DNA from: Fidelibacterota bacterium
Lineage (GTDB): Bacteria; Fidelibacterota; UBA8477; JABMPR01
Assembly (NCBI GenBank): GCA_021734325.1
Contig: JAIPJF010000005.1
Coordinates: 4,028 to 68,027, forward strand
Reading direction: 5' to 3'
DNA: 64,000 bases
Under the pieces are notes generated by a model. It searched no databases. It was given only the letters and a program-made list of their open reading frames with translations, and was not told where the DNA came from. The position numbers were made by a program, and so were the translations under genes. This document shows positions 34,935-44,913 of this stretch, piece by piece; the first letter of the stretch is position 1, and each line of letters begins with the position of its first letter.

Positions 34935-36947
34935 ATGATTAAGGAACAAAAAGGGTTATCAACCTTCATCCAGGAACTCCGGAATCGTCGTGTTTTTCGG
35001 GTAGCTACGGTGTATCTGGGAACCGGTTTCGTCATACTCGAAGCGGCAGATATGATCTTGCCACGTCTCGGATTGCCAGATTGGACCGTGACCTTCATCA
35101 TGATCCTGCTCGGCTTAGGATTCCCTGTTGCCCTGGGTCTCGCCTGGACCTTTCAGTTTACCCCCGACGGCCTAAAACGCTCTCCCAAAACCGGTGAAAA
35201 GCAGAGTCCCGATTCCAAACCCTTCACTGGCAATGCCATCATCATCGTTCTGCTGGCTCTGATTCTGGGAGTTCTGGCCTATCCCCGCTTTTCCAGAAAC
35301 CCTGATCACAGTTCCCTCCAGAATGCATTGGTGGTTCTGGATGAAAAATCGGTGGCCGTGCTACCCTTTACGCCCTTTACCAAAACGGCAGAGGATGAAA
35401 GTTTTGCCGATGGCATGCATGACGATATTCTGACACAACTTTCCAAAGTGGGAGAACTGAAGGTCATCTCTCGCACCTCTGTGATGAAGTACAAGGAAAC
35501 CACCAAATCCATTCCGGAGATCGCTGAAGAGCTTGGTGTTGTTAACCTTCTCGAAGGAAGTGTACGCCGGGCCGGGGATCAGATCCGAATTGTGGCTCAG
35601 CTGATCAATGCCAGGACAGACGAGCATCTATGGGCGGAGACCTATGATCGCACCTACGCAGACATCTTTTCCATTCAATCTGACGTGGCCAGGAAGATCG
35701 CCAGCGCTCTGAAGGCCAAACTGAGTCCTCAGGAAAGTTCTTATATTGAGTCTCACTATACAGACGATCCAGATGCCTGGGAATTATACCTGAAAGCCAA
35801 GCTCTTGTATGCAGCTGATATCACCGACAAGGATTCTATCGTAGTTATTCTGAATCAGGCAGTTGAAAAGGATCCTGACTTCCTGTTGCCTTACGCACTT
35901 TTAACCCGCATCAACGCCTGGCTGTATTTCGATGGGACGGGTACATATCCAACCCCCGAGAGGCTAACCCTTGCTCAGAAGGCTCTGGACAAGACCATAT
36001 TCCTGAATCCCGACGCCCCTGAAACCCACATGGCGAAGGGTTACTTCCAATACTATGCCTACCGAAATTACCAGAAAGCACTGGAGGAGATGAACCTGGC
36101 TCTGGAGATGCAGCCCAACAACACAGAATTGATCGCCGGGGTTGCCTATGTAAATAGACGTTTGGGTCAATGGGGTGAAGCTACTCGTCAAATGGAAAAG
36201 GCTGTCTCCTTGGACCCCAATGACGCCCAGAAAGTAGGTGAATTGCGAGATATGTACCTTATGCTGAAAGACTGGGAGCGCGGGCAGAAATTCGAGCAGC
36301 GTTTGGAAGCTGTTACTGGGGGAGTTGGACCTGAAGTTGACAACGGTCGCTACTGGATCCCATTGTGGGTGTCCGGGGGAGATATTGTTGCCTCCCGCAA
36401 GACTCTGGATGACCTCATTCGGACCTCAGGCAAAAAAAAGAACAGGGGTAAACGATTTAACCAGGCCATCTATGAACGCGATTTTGATCTGGCCTACGCC
36501 GTGGCCATGGAAAATGGTCAACTTTCGCTTAGCGAGACACTCAGTCTCCTTAACAAGGTATCGAAAGATCTAATCGATCTCAGCATTTTGGACTCCCTGA
36601 TGCAGGTAGTGGAGGAGCAAGCTGTACAGGAACCAAACAACTGGGTGCCACTAGCCGACAAAGCACTGATTCTGGCAGCCCAAGGCCACTCGGAAGAAGC
36701 AATAAAACTTGCCAAATCTGTGGTCAAGGCAATGCCCTTAAGCCGCGATGCCTTAGGTGGTGCTGATGCACTCACTTATCTTGGGGATATCTATTTATGG
36801 TCAGGTTTGCCTGATTTGGCGATCCAAACTTATGAAGCCGTTCTGGCAGTTCCCAATTGGAACAACAGAACTCAATTTTTAATCGATCCCTATTATGACC
36901 CCCTCCGTGGACATCCTGACTTTGGGAAACTCCTCCCCAATCCTTAG
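34935..36947 (+). CDS. Membrane-anchored TPR-repeat protein with a TolB-N-like domain
   Basis: Start chosen at 'MIKEQKGLSTFIQELRNRRVFRVATVYLG'. It has a TM segment. 'KSVAVLPFTPFT..EDESFADGMHDDILTQLSKVGELKVISRTS' is TolB-N/CsgG-like. The C-terminal half consists of TPR-like repeats. Confidence 0.7.
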   Translation: MIKEQKGLSTFIQELRNRRVFRVATVYLGTGFVILEAADMILPRLGLPDWTVTFIMILLGLGFPVALGLAWTFQFTPDGLKRSPKTGEKQSPDSKPFTGNAIIIVLLALILGVLAYPRFSRNPDHSSLQNALVVLDEKSVAVLPFTPFTKTAEDESFADGMHDDILTQLSKVGELKVISRTSVMKYKETTKSIPEIAEELGVVNLLEGSVRRAGDQIRIVAQLINARTDEHLWAETYDRTYADIFSIQSDVARKIASALKAKLSPQESSYIESHYTDDPDAWELYLKAKLLYAADITDKDSIVVILNQAVEKDPDFLLPYALLTRINAWLYFDGTGTYPTPERLTLAQKALDKTIFLNPDAPETHMAKGYFQYYAYRNYQKALEEMNLALEMQPNNTELIAGVAYVNRRLGQWGEATRQMEKAVSLDPNDAQKVGELRDMYLMLKDWERGQKFEQRLEAVTGGVGPEVDNGRYWIPLWVSGGDIVASRKTLDDLIRTSGKKKNRGKRFNQAIYERDFDLAYAVAMENGQLSLSETLSLLNKVSKDLIDLSILDSLMQVVEEQAVQEPNNWVPLADKALILAAQGHSEEAIKLAKSVVKAMPLSRDALGGADALTYLGDIYLWSGLPDLAIQTYEAVLAVPNWNNRTQFLIDPYYDPLRGHPDFGKLLPNP

Positions 36948-37155
36948 GCGTATAGTGGTCATGCCGGCAGCTATCACCCGATTATTTTTCGCTGATTACA
37001 TCCAATCCAAATCACAGTATTTGATTCTTTGACAACCCACAGAGAATTATTTTTAGTATTAATAGATAAATATAGAAATAGTTGACTCTAGCAATTTGAC
37101 TGATCCCTGATTATATTTTATGCATATTTTTCAATCTTGATTAACAGGAAGTATT

Positions 37156-37629
37156 ATGAATAAACGGGACCCCTTGGAGGAATCGCCTCCTGGACTGACC
37201 TCAAGACGATCATTTCTAGACATTTTGCTTGGTGCCACTTTGTTTGCCTGGCTGGGCTCCATGATCTATCCAGTCATTCGATTTCTTATTCCCCCCAAGC
37301 AGCCGGATCTCAATGTAAGCAGCCTGGATGCTGGTATGGCGGATGCATTTAAAAGAAATACAGCAAAGATTTTACGATTTGGTCGAAAACCTGTGATCCT
37401 GGTTCGGAAAAAAGGGGGAGAATTTAAAGCTCTATCGGCAACCTGCACCCATCTTGACTGTACAGTTCAGTATAAAGATGATACAGAGCAAATCTGGTGT
37501 GCCTGTCATAATGGTCTTTATGACCTGGAGGGACGAAATATCTCCGGGCCACCGCCCAAACCCCTGACACCCTTTAATGTCACCGTAAAAGAAAATAAGA
37601 TATTTGTGACCCGGGATGAGAGCGCATAA
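37156..37629 (+). CDS. Rieske [2Fe-2S] subunit of a cytochrome bc/b6f-type complex
   Basis: Tat-like 'SRRSFLDILLGA' plus a TM helix. Cluster boxes 'CTHLDC' and 'CACHNG'. It shares an ATAATG stop/start junction with the cytochrome b gene. Confidence 0.9.
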   Translation: MNKRDPLEESPPGLTSRRSFLDILLGATLFAWLGSMIYPVIRFLIPPKQPDLNVSSLDAGMADAFKRNTAKILRFGRKPVILVRKKGGEFKALSATCTHLDCTVQYKDDTEQIWCACHNGLYDLEGRNISGPPPKPLTPFNVTVKENKIFVTRDESA

Positions 37630-38681
37630 TGTCTGTCACTAGCTGGCTGCAAGAACGTTTTGATATCGCGGCGGTGCAGAAATTTGCTGCTAAAAAGCAG
37701 GTCCCCGTGTTTTTTGGGACGGTCTGGTATTATCTCGGCGGTGTATCCCTATTCTTGTTTATTCTACAAGTACTGACAGGAATACTTCTGTCCCTTTATT
37801 ATCAGCCCGGTGCGGCGACCGCCTATGAAAGCGTAAAATTTATTGTCAGCAAGGTTGAATTTGGTTGGCTCATGCGTGAAATCCACAGCTGGTCGGCAAA
37901 CCTGTTCGTCTTCTTTATCTTTCTTCACATGTTCACGGTTTTCTTTTCAAAGGCCTATCGAAAACCCCGGGAATTGACCTGGGTTTCAGGTATGATCCTG
38001 CTGGCCCTGGCCATGGTATTTGGTTTTTCAGGATATCTGCTACCCTGGAATGAGCTGGCCTATTTTGCCACCAAGGTGGGCACAGACATCGCCGGAGCGG
38101 TTCCCTTTATTGGCAGCTTTCTGACTCAGGTACTACGTGCAGGGGATGAAGTATCTGGAGCAACACTTTCCAGATTTTACAGCATTCATACAGCCATATT
38201 ACCGCTTGTGTTTATCGTTTTCCTCGGGATACACCTGATCATGATCCAGGTCCAGGGCATGAGTGTACCTGAGGCCCAGGAAAATGTTCCTCCCGAGAAG
38301 AAAAAGACCATGCCCTTCTTTCCGAATTTTGTCGTGCGTGACTTGATGCTGTGGCTGATCATGCTGAATGTCATCGCATTGCTGGCCGTTTTTTTCCCCT
38401 GGGAAATTGGCCTGAAAGCCGATCCCCTGACTTCTGCACCAGCCGGGATCAGGCCGGAGTGGTATTTTATGTTCATGTTCCAGACGCTTAAATTATTACC
38501 AGCACATCTATGGTTTTTGGAGGGAGAGGTTTTTGGCATCCTCATGTTTGGTGTTGGTGGGATTATCTGGCTTTTGGTCCCCTTTCTCGAAAAACCGAAA
38601 TACACAAAACTATGGACCAGCGTTGGGGTGGGTATAGTGCTGTATATGATCGTGCTTACAGCCTGGGGGTATTTAGTATGA
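37629..38681 (+). CDS. Cytochrome b (fused b6 + subunit IV-like, 350 aa)
   Basis: 'WYYLGGVSLFLFILQVLTGILLSLYY', 'GWLMREIHSWSANLFVFFIFLHMF' and 'PEWYFMFMFQTLK' are hallmark cytochrome b/b6 and PEWY Qo-site motifs. Confidence 0.9.
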   Translation: MSVTSWLQERFDIAAVQKFAAKKQVPVFFGTVWYYLGGVSLFLFILQVLTGILLSLYYQPGAATAYESVKFIVSKVEFGWLMREIHSWSANLFVFFIFLHMFTVFFSKAYRKPRELTWVSGMILLALAMVFGFSGYLLPWNELAYFATKVGTDIAGAVPFIGSFLTQVLRAGDEVSGATLSRFYSIHTAILPLVFIVFLGIHLIMIQVQGMSVPEAQENVPPEKKKTMPFFPNFVVRDLMLWLIMLNVIALLAVFFPWEIGLKADPLTSAPAGIRPEWYFMFMFQTLKLLPAHLWFLEGEVFGILMFGVGGIIWLLVPFLEKPKYTKLWTSVGVGIVLYMIVLTAWGYLV

Positions 38682-39958
38682 GAATCTTGACCATGCATTT
38701 AATTGTTTTGCTTTATTTCATCACCTCCGTAAACACTTTCGGGCAACAACCGGAAGATGCCTGCTATCAATGTCATCTGGAGATTGATCAGGATCAGGAT
38801 GCCGACGATCGACTGTTCAAGAATTATCTACAAGATATTCATGTCCAGCGTGGTTTCGGTTGTGCAGACTGCCACGGTGGAGACCCAGAGGCTTTTGATG
38901 ATGAGGATGCAGCTATGTGGGACAATGACTCCTACCTTGGAGAGTTGAGTCCCCTGGACGAGGTCAAAATGTGTGCAAAATGCCACAGCAATCCAACATT
39001 CATGAGCAAATTTTCTGTCTCTGTATCGGTTGACCAGGAATCGCAATACTGGAGCAGCAAACATGGCCAGGAGTTGAAACAAGGGAATGAGAAGGTGGCC
39101 ACTTGTAGTGATTGTCATGGTGTCCATGGGATACTGGCAACGGATAATCCAAATTCTGCGGTCTACGATTTTAATGTGCCCAAAACCTGTTCAAAGTGCC
39201 ACAGTTCAAAGAACTATATGGCAGGTCTACTGGATAAAACGGATCAGTATGATGATTATGTGAACTCCGTCCATGGGGTAGCGCTTCTTGATAAACAGGA
39301 TGTTGCAGCACCGGCTTGCAACGATTGTCACGGCAATCATGGAGCAGCCCCTCCAGAGATAGGGTCGATAAAGGAAATTTGTGGTTCTTGTCATGCCCAA
39401 AACAGGGACTTGTTCCAAAAAAGTCATCTCAATAAGATTTTTAAGGATAGGGGCATACCTCAGTGTGAAAGTTGTCACGGGAATCACAGAATTCTGAAAC
39501 CTTCTGACAACTATTTAAAATGGGATGGTGGAGTTTGTGTTAAATGTCATCCGGCAGGGGGTAAACCAAAGCTCCTGGCAGCTGAATTATTTAACATTCT
39601 CGACAGTCTGAATACTCAATTAGAATCAGCAAATCTGCTCGTGGAGCAAGCTGAAATCAAGGGCATGGAAATATCAGAGCTATATTTCAGCCTGGAAGAG
39701 GCTCATAATGCACTGATACATTCCCGGACAGCCGTACACAGTTTTAACAAGGATTTCCTGTTGGAAGCAGCAAGACCGGGATTGACAGCCAGCGCAGATG
39801 CTCTAGCAGGAGCTCAGGCATCGCTTAATGAATTTGATTTTAGACGGAAAGGATTGTTTGGCGCATCCCTGATCTTCTCATTTTTAGCTCTACTCCTATA
39901 TCTGAAAATTAAACAAGTCGAAAGCAGCAAGCGAAAGGATACAAAACATGAAAAATAA
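38678..39958 (+). CDS. Nonahaem cytochrome c with a C-terminal membrane anchor
   Basis: Start at 'MRILTMHLIVLLYFITSVNTFGQ' gives an ATGA overlap with the cytochrome b stop. Motifs: CYQCH, CADCH, CAKCH, CSDCH, CSKCH, CNDCH, CGSCH, CESCH, CVKCH. The C-terminal TM helix is 'LFGASLIFSFLALLLYL'. Confidence 0.9.
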   Translation: MRILTMHLIVLLYFITSVNTFGQQPEDACYQCHLEIDQDQDADDRLFKNYLQDIHVQRGFGCADCHGGDPEAFDDEDAAMWDNDSYLGELSPLDEVKMCAKCHSNPTFMSKFSVSVSVDQESQYWSSKHGQELKQGNEKVATCSDCHGVHGILATDNPNSAVYDFNVPKTCSKCHSSKNYMAGLLDKTDQYDDYVNSVHGVALLDKQDVAAPACNDCHGNHGAAPPEIGSIKEICGSCHAQNRDLFQKSHLNKIFKDRGIPQCESCHGNHRILKPSDNYLKWDGGVCVKCHPAGGKPKLLAAELFNILDSLNTQLESANLLVEQAEIKGMEISELYFSLEEAHNALIHSRTAVHSFNKDFLLEAARPGLTASADALAGAQASLNEFDFRRKGLFGASLIFSFLALLLYLKIKQVESSKRKDTKHEK

Positions 39959-40559
39959 ATTATTAACACTTCTTTTTTTAACAGGTGCCATTACTGGAAC
40001 CATCTCTGCTCAAGCCCATGAATTTGTCGGCACACAAAAATGCAAGAGTTGTCACAAAAGTGAAAGTAAGGGAGCCCAATATGTGCTTTGGGAGAATTCC
40101 GCGCACGGACATGCCTTTGAGACCATGCTCTCTGATCAGGCAATCGCTGTCGCAATGAAACTTGGCCTGAAAACCGCTCCTTCCGAATCCCCAGAATGTC
40201 TCGTTTGTCATACCGTAGGTTTTGGTAAAGGGGGATATGAAGTGAAAGATGCTGCCTTCTGGACTCCTGCCGAAGATGATCGGGATGGTCAAAAAGCCGT
40301 CAAGCGCATGGAAGGCTTGCGAAATGTGGGCTGTGAAATGTGCCATGGTGCTGGTGGTGACTATATGAAGAAGAAAGTTATGGAGGGAATATTTACCGGC
40401 GAAATGATGGCTGCAGATTATGGGCTCCTAAAGCCGACAGAAGAAACCTGCAGGGGATGTCATAACAAGAAAAGCCCCACTCATAAGGAATTTAATTTTG
40501 AAAAGGGCTTGGCGAAAATAGCTCATCCTTACCCCGAAGGGATGCGTCCAGGTAAATAA
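39948..40559 (+). CDS. Tetrahaem cytochrome c, c554-like family
   Basis: Signal peptide 'MKNKLLTLLFLTGAITGTISAQA'. Motifs: CKSCH, CLVCH, CEMCH, CRGCH. 'CKSCHKSE..GAQYVLWENSAH' resembles the Cytochrome_C554 family. It overlaps the upstream gene by 11 nt. Confidence 0.85.
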   Translation: MKNKLLTLLFLTGAITGTISAQAHEFVGTQKCKSCHKSESKGAQYVLWENSAHGHAFETMLSDQAIAVAMKLGLKTAPSESPECLVCHTVGFGKGGYEVKDAAFWTPAEDDRDGQKAVKRMEGLRNVGCEMCHGAGGDYMKKKVMEGIFTGEMMAADYGLLKPTEETCRGCHNKKSPTHKEFNFEKGLAKIAHPYPEGMRPGK

Positions 40560-40589
40560 ACCATACCATACAATTGAGTGTAGGCATAA

Positions 40590-40613
40590 AAAAGGCAGCA
40601 GGAGCTGCCTTTT
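40590..40613 (+). terminator. Rho-independent terminator ending the Rieske/cyt b/cytochrome c operon
   Basis: aaaaggcagc-agga-gctgcctttt: a GC-rich 6-bp core extended by A/T pairs and followed by T residues, about 30 nt after the stop. Confidence 0.75.
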
Positions 40614-40918
40614 CAGTATGTCTGGAAACGTACTTTCATGCTAGCCAATCAGGCAATTTTTGTTTTAATACTTAGCCCTTCATTGATTAGTATCAAGGGT
40701 GTGTAGATTTTGTCAATTTGCACATGGACCGGACTCGAATCTTTTAGCGTATTAGAAAGGTCTGTGGACATTTTCAGTGTTAAAATTTCTCCCCTATCTG
40801 TGTTTATTATTGTGTTCACCCAATTTAAGACTATTATAGTCACGTATATATGAGTTACGCACCTTTAGTATCCAAAATTTCTTCTATGTTTAATACATTT
40901 ATTATTGCGAGGTAAATC

Positions 40919-43591
40919 GTGGCAAGTGTCAATTTAAATCATGATACAGATCCCCAGGAAACCGGTGAATGGCTGGATTCCCTGGCTGCTGTCTTTGAAG
41001 AAGCAGGGGTAAACAGAGCTCATTTTTTGGTCAATGAACTCATTGACTATGCCCGAAGACATGGCGTTCGATTACCATACAGCCCCAACACATCCTATCT
41101 AAACACGATTCCCGTATCTCAGCAGCCTCAATTCCCTGGTGATCGTGAGATCGAACGACGCATCAAATCCATCATTCGCTGGAATGCCATGGCCATGGTC
41201 GTCAGGGCAAACAAGGCCAGTGATGGTATAGGCGGGCATATTTCAACATTTGCTTCATCGGCCACTCTGCTGGAAATTGGATTCAACCATTTTTTCAGAG
41301 CAGCTACTGACGAATTTGGGGGAGATCTGGTCTACTTCCAGGGACATGGATCACCAGGCATTTATGCTCGTGCCTTTTTGGAAGGCAGACTCAGTGAAGA
41401 GCATTTAATCAATTTTCGGCGAGAACTGGCTCCCGGTGGTGGATTATCGTCTTATCCACACCCTTGGCTCATGCCGGACTTCTGGCAGTTCCCGACTGTT
41501 TCAATGGGCTTGGGACCTTTGCAGGCCATCTACCAGGCCCGTTTTATGCGCTATATGGAAAACCGTGAGTTTATTCCCAAAAGTGACCGCAAAGTGTGGG
41601 CCTTCCTTGGAGATGGGGAAATGGATGAACCGGAATCTCTGGGCGCAATCACGTTAGCCTCCAGAGAAAAGCTGGATAATCTCATTTTTGTTGTGAATTG
41701 CAATATGCAGCGACTTGATGGTCCTGTTCGGGGTAATAGTAAGATCGTTCAGGAACTTGAAGGTGCCTTTCGAGGCGCCGGTTGGAATGTCATTAAGGTG
41801 ATCTGGGGTTCAGAATGGGATGCATTGTTGGCCAGGGATAAAGATGGCATTCTGGCAAAACGCATGGAAGAGGTCGTAGACGGTGACATTCTAAAATACA
41901 TTGTCGAAGGCGGTGCCTACATTCGTAAACACTTCTTTGGGAAATATCCGGAATTGCTGGAAATGGTTAATCATTTAAGTGATGAGGATCTAGAAAAGTT
42001 GAAACGGGGAGGCCATGATCCTGTAAAAGTGTATGCCGCATTTGCCGAAGCTTTTGCCCACACGGAGCAGCCAACCGTCATTCTTACCAGCACGGTGAAG
42101 GGCTATGGAATGGGGGAGGCCGGTGAAGGTAAAAATATTACCCACGGCCAGAAAAAATTGAATGATGAGGAACTGAAGGCATTTCGCAGCCGCTTTGGTA
42201 TCCCAATTTCTGACGAAGAGGTTGTTAAGGCACCCTTCTATCGTCCAGATGAAGATTCAGAAGAAATAAAATATCTGAAAAGTCGGCGTGAAGCCCTTGG
42301 AGGCAACTTTCCAGTTCGCCGCCAGGCCGCTGACCCGCTTAAAACCCCTGAACTCAGTTCATTTTCTGCCGCTTTAGAGGGAACCGGGGATCGTACCCAA
42401 TCCACGACAATGGCTTTTGTCAGAATCCTGGCCATGTTGACGAAAGATAAGACGATCGGGAAAAGAATCGTGCCGATCATACCGGACGAGGCTAGAACAT
42501 TTGGAATGGAGTCGTTATTCCGCAGCCTCGGTATTTATTCCAGTGTAGGTCAGCTCTATGATCCTGTGGACTCAGATCAGTATCTTTATTATCGTGAAGA
42601 TATCAAGGGTCAGATCCTGGAAGAGGGAATCACCGAAGCCGGCTCCGCCAGTTCCTGGATATCTGCAGCCACCTCCTACAGTACCCATGGTGTCAATATG
42701 ATGCCTTTCTATATTTATTATTCAATGTTTGGTTTTCAGCGCGTGGGCGACCTGTTCTGGTTGGCCGGTGATATCCGGGCTAGGGGATTCCTTCTGGGAG
42801 CAACTGCGGGTCGAACAACACTCAATGGCGAAGGTCTGCAACACCAGGATGGACACAGTCTCCTTGCGGCAGCGACCATTCCGAACTGCCGTGCCTATGA
42901 CCCGTCCTATTCCTATGAGATCGCAGTTATCATTCAGCATGGTATGCAGCGGATGATGAATGATCAAATTGATGAGTTCTACTATCTCACACTGGAAAAC
43001 GAGCCCTATCAGCATCCCGCCATGCCAGCAGGGGTTGAAGAGGGTATCATCAAAGGGATGTACCAGCTCAGTACAACGGGTACGGCAAAAGATGAAAAAC
43101 ATGTCCAACTCATGGGATCAGGTGCAATTCTTGGAGAAGTTCTTGCTGCAGCATATATGCTAAAGGATGAATGGCGGGTGACTGCCGATATCTGGAGTGT
43201 CACCAGCTATTCTGAACTTCGCCTGGATGCCCAGGATGCTCAGCGCTGGAATCGTCTCCATCCCACTGAGGAAAGAAGACAGGCATTTGCCTGTAAATCC
43301 ATGCAGGATAAAGTAGGTCCAGTCGTTGCAGCCTCCGATTATATCAAGCTGGTAGCTGAACAAATTGCCATTTTCCTCGATAAACCTTTTGTCGCTTTGG
43401 GTACTGATGGGTTTGGACGCAGTGAGTCCAGAGAAAATCTCCGTGATTTTTTTGAAGTGGATCGATATTCGATTGTGGTGGCGGCTCTTTATCAACTGCA
43501 AAAACTAGGTGCAGTTACTTCTGAACTTGTCGCCAAAGCCATTAAGAAATATGACATTTCAACTGAAACCGAAAATCCGGTTAAACGATGA
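40919..43591 (+). CDS. aceE: Pyruvate dehydrogenase E1 component, homodimeric type
   Basis: 890 aa, GTG start 6 nt after gaggt. 'DPQETGEWLDSL', 'GGHISTFASSATL', 'GDGEMDEPES' (ThDP motif) and the overall length match AceE. Confidence 0.95.
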   Translation: MASVNLNHDTDPQETGEWLDSLAAVFEEAGVNRAHFLVNELIDYARRHGVRLPYSPNTSYLNTIPVSQQPQFPGDREIERRIKSIIRWNAMAMVVRANKASDGIGGHISTFASSATLLEIGFNHFFRAATDEFGGDLVYFQGHGSPGIYARAFLEGRLSEEHLINFRRELAPGGGLSSYPHPWLMPDFWQFPTVSMGLGPLQAIYQARFMRYMENREFIPKSDRKVWAFLGDGEMDEPESLGAITLASREKLDNLIFVVNCNMQRLDGPVRGNSKIVQELEGAFRGAGWNVIKVIWGSEWDALLARDKDGILAKRMEEVVDGDILKYIVEGGAYIRKHFFGKYPELLEMVNHLSDEDLEKLKRGGHDPVKVYAAFAEAFAHTEQPTVILTSTVKGYGMGEAGEGKNITHGQKKLNDEELKAFRSRFGIPISDEEVVKAPFYRPDEDSEEIKYLKSRREALGGNFPVRRQAADPLKTPELSSFSAALEGTGDRTQSTTMAFVRILAMLTKDKTIGKRIVPIIPDEARTFGMESLFRSLGIYSSVGQLYDPVDSDQYLYYREDIKGQILEEGITEAGSASSWISAATSYSTHGVNMMPFYIYYSMFGFQRVGDLFWLAGDIRARGFLLGATAGRTTLNGEGLQHQDGHSLLAAATIPNCRAYDPSYSYEIAVIIQHGMQRMMNDQIDEFYYLTLENEPYQHPAMPAGVEEGIIKGMYQLSTTGTAKDEKHVQLMGSGAILGEVLAAAYMLKDEWRVTADIWSVTSYSELRLDAQDAQRWNRLHPTEERRQAFACKSMQDKVGPVVAASDYIKLVAEQIAIFLDKPFVALGTDGFGRSESRENLRDFFEVDRYSIVVAALYQLQKLGAVTSELVAKAIKKYDISTETENPVKR

Positions 43592-43619
43592 TCTTGGGTG
43601 AATGCAGGGAAAGTGAATC

Positions 43620-44900
43620 ATGCTTAAAGAAATAATCATTCCTGATCTTGGGGAAGGTATTGACTCTGTTGAAGTAGGGGAGATAAATATCAATCCAGGT
43701 GATCATGTAGACGTCGGCGATATTCTTGTTGTTCTGGAGAGCGACAAGGCATCCATGGAAATTGAGGCTGAAGTTGCCGGTACGATCAAAGAGTTGCGGG
43801 TCACACCAGGTGCTGAGGTCCATACCAATAGCATTTTAGCCATTATAGATCTGGATGATGTGACAGAGCAGGCAAGCATCCTCGATTCTGAACCCATTAT
43901 CAAAAGAGCACCGGAGATAAAAACAGATCCCAACCCAGAAAAAGGTTCCCTGGTTGCTGCTGAGGAGGAGATTCCGAAAGCCCCCATTGAGGTGCCGACA
44001 ACGAAACGGCGTCTTGTCCCAGCCAGTCCCTCCGTGAGAAGATTTGCCCGTGAATTGGGTTGTGATATCAATCTGGTTGCTGGTACAGGGCCTAAGGGTC
44101 GCATCCTGAAAGAAGATATCCAGAATTATGTAAAGAATATCCTCACAGGGATGCCCGCTGGAGGCGTACCTCGACCTCCTCAGGCTGAAATTGATTTTAG
44201 TCAATGGGGTGAAATTGAAACAAACCGTTTGAGTAAAATTCGGCGGGCCACGGCGATCAATCTACAAAATGCCTGGCAAACCATACCCCATGTCACTCAG
44301 ATGGACGAAGCTGATATTACTGATCTGGAAGCCTATCGTCAATCGCAAAAGGATCAAGTTTCCAAAGCAGGTGGCAGGCTTTCCATTCTTCCTTTTATCA
44401 TGCAGGCAGCTGCAAAAGCCTTATTAAAATTTCCTGACTTCAACAGCTCACTGGATGCTGAAGGCCAAAATCTTATTCACAAGAAATATATTCATCTTGG
44501 AATTGCAGTTGATACTGAAGCGGGGCTGGTCGTACCTGTTATCAGGGATGCGGATCAGAAGGATTTGATCCAGCTCTCTGTTGAATTGGTTGATGTTAGT
44601 GGGCGTACAAGGGATCGTAAGATCAAACCTGCTGAATTGATGGGCGCCACATTTACAATCTCAAGTTTAGGTGGTATTAGTGGAACCGGTTTCTCACCGA
44701 TTATTAATCCACCACAGGTTGCCATATTGGGAGTCTCTAAATCGATCATGAAACCGATGTATGATGGACATGAATTCAAGCCGAGACTAATGCTCCCATT
44801 TTCCTTATCCTATGATCATCGTGTTATTGATGGGGCCTCAGCCGCCCGCTTTACAAAATTTCTTGCGGCAGAATTATCCGCGGTTAAAAATCAGTCCTAG
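43620..44900 (+). CDS. aceF: Dihydrolipoamide acetyltransferase E2 (single lipoyl domain)
   Basis: Lipoyl motif '[12 protein letters not shown]'. E3-binding domain '[33 protein letters not shown]'. Catalytic motif '[12 protein letters not shown]'. Confidence 0.95.
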   Translation: MLKEIIIPDLGEGIDSVEVGEININPGDHVDVGDILVVLESDKASMEIEAEVAGTIKELRVTPGAEVHTNSILAIIDLDDVTEQASILDSEPIIKRAPEIKTDPNPEKGSLVAAEEEIPKAPIEVPTTKRRLVPASPSVRRFARELGCDINLVAGTGPKGRILKEDIQNYVKNILTGMPAGGVPRPPQAEIDFSQWGEIETNRLSKIRRATAINLQNAWQTIPHVTQMDEADITDLEAYRQSQKDQVSKAGGRLSILPFIMQAAAKALLKFPDFNSSLDAEGQNLIHKKYIHLGIAVDTEAGLVVPVIRDADQKDLIQLSVELVDVSGRTRDRKIKPAELMGATFTISSLGGISGTGFSPIINPPQVAILGVSKSIMKPMYDGHEFKPRLMLPFSLSYDHRVIDGASAARFTKFLAAELSAVKNQS

Positions 44901-44913
44901 ACAGGAGTCGTTT

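Noticed and set aside
40649-40843. 64-aa minus-strand ORF between the cytochrome operon terminator and aceE
   Set aside because: It lies in an AT-rich promoter region, has no RBS or signal features and shows no coding-like composition.
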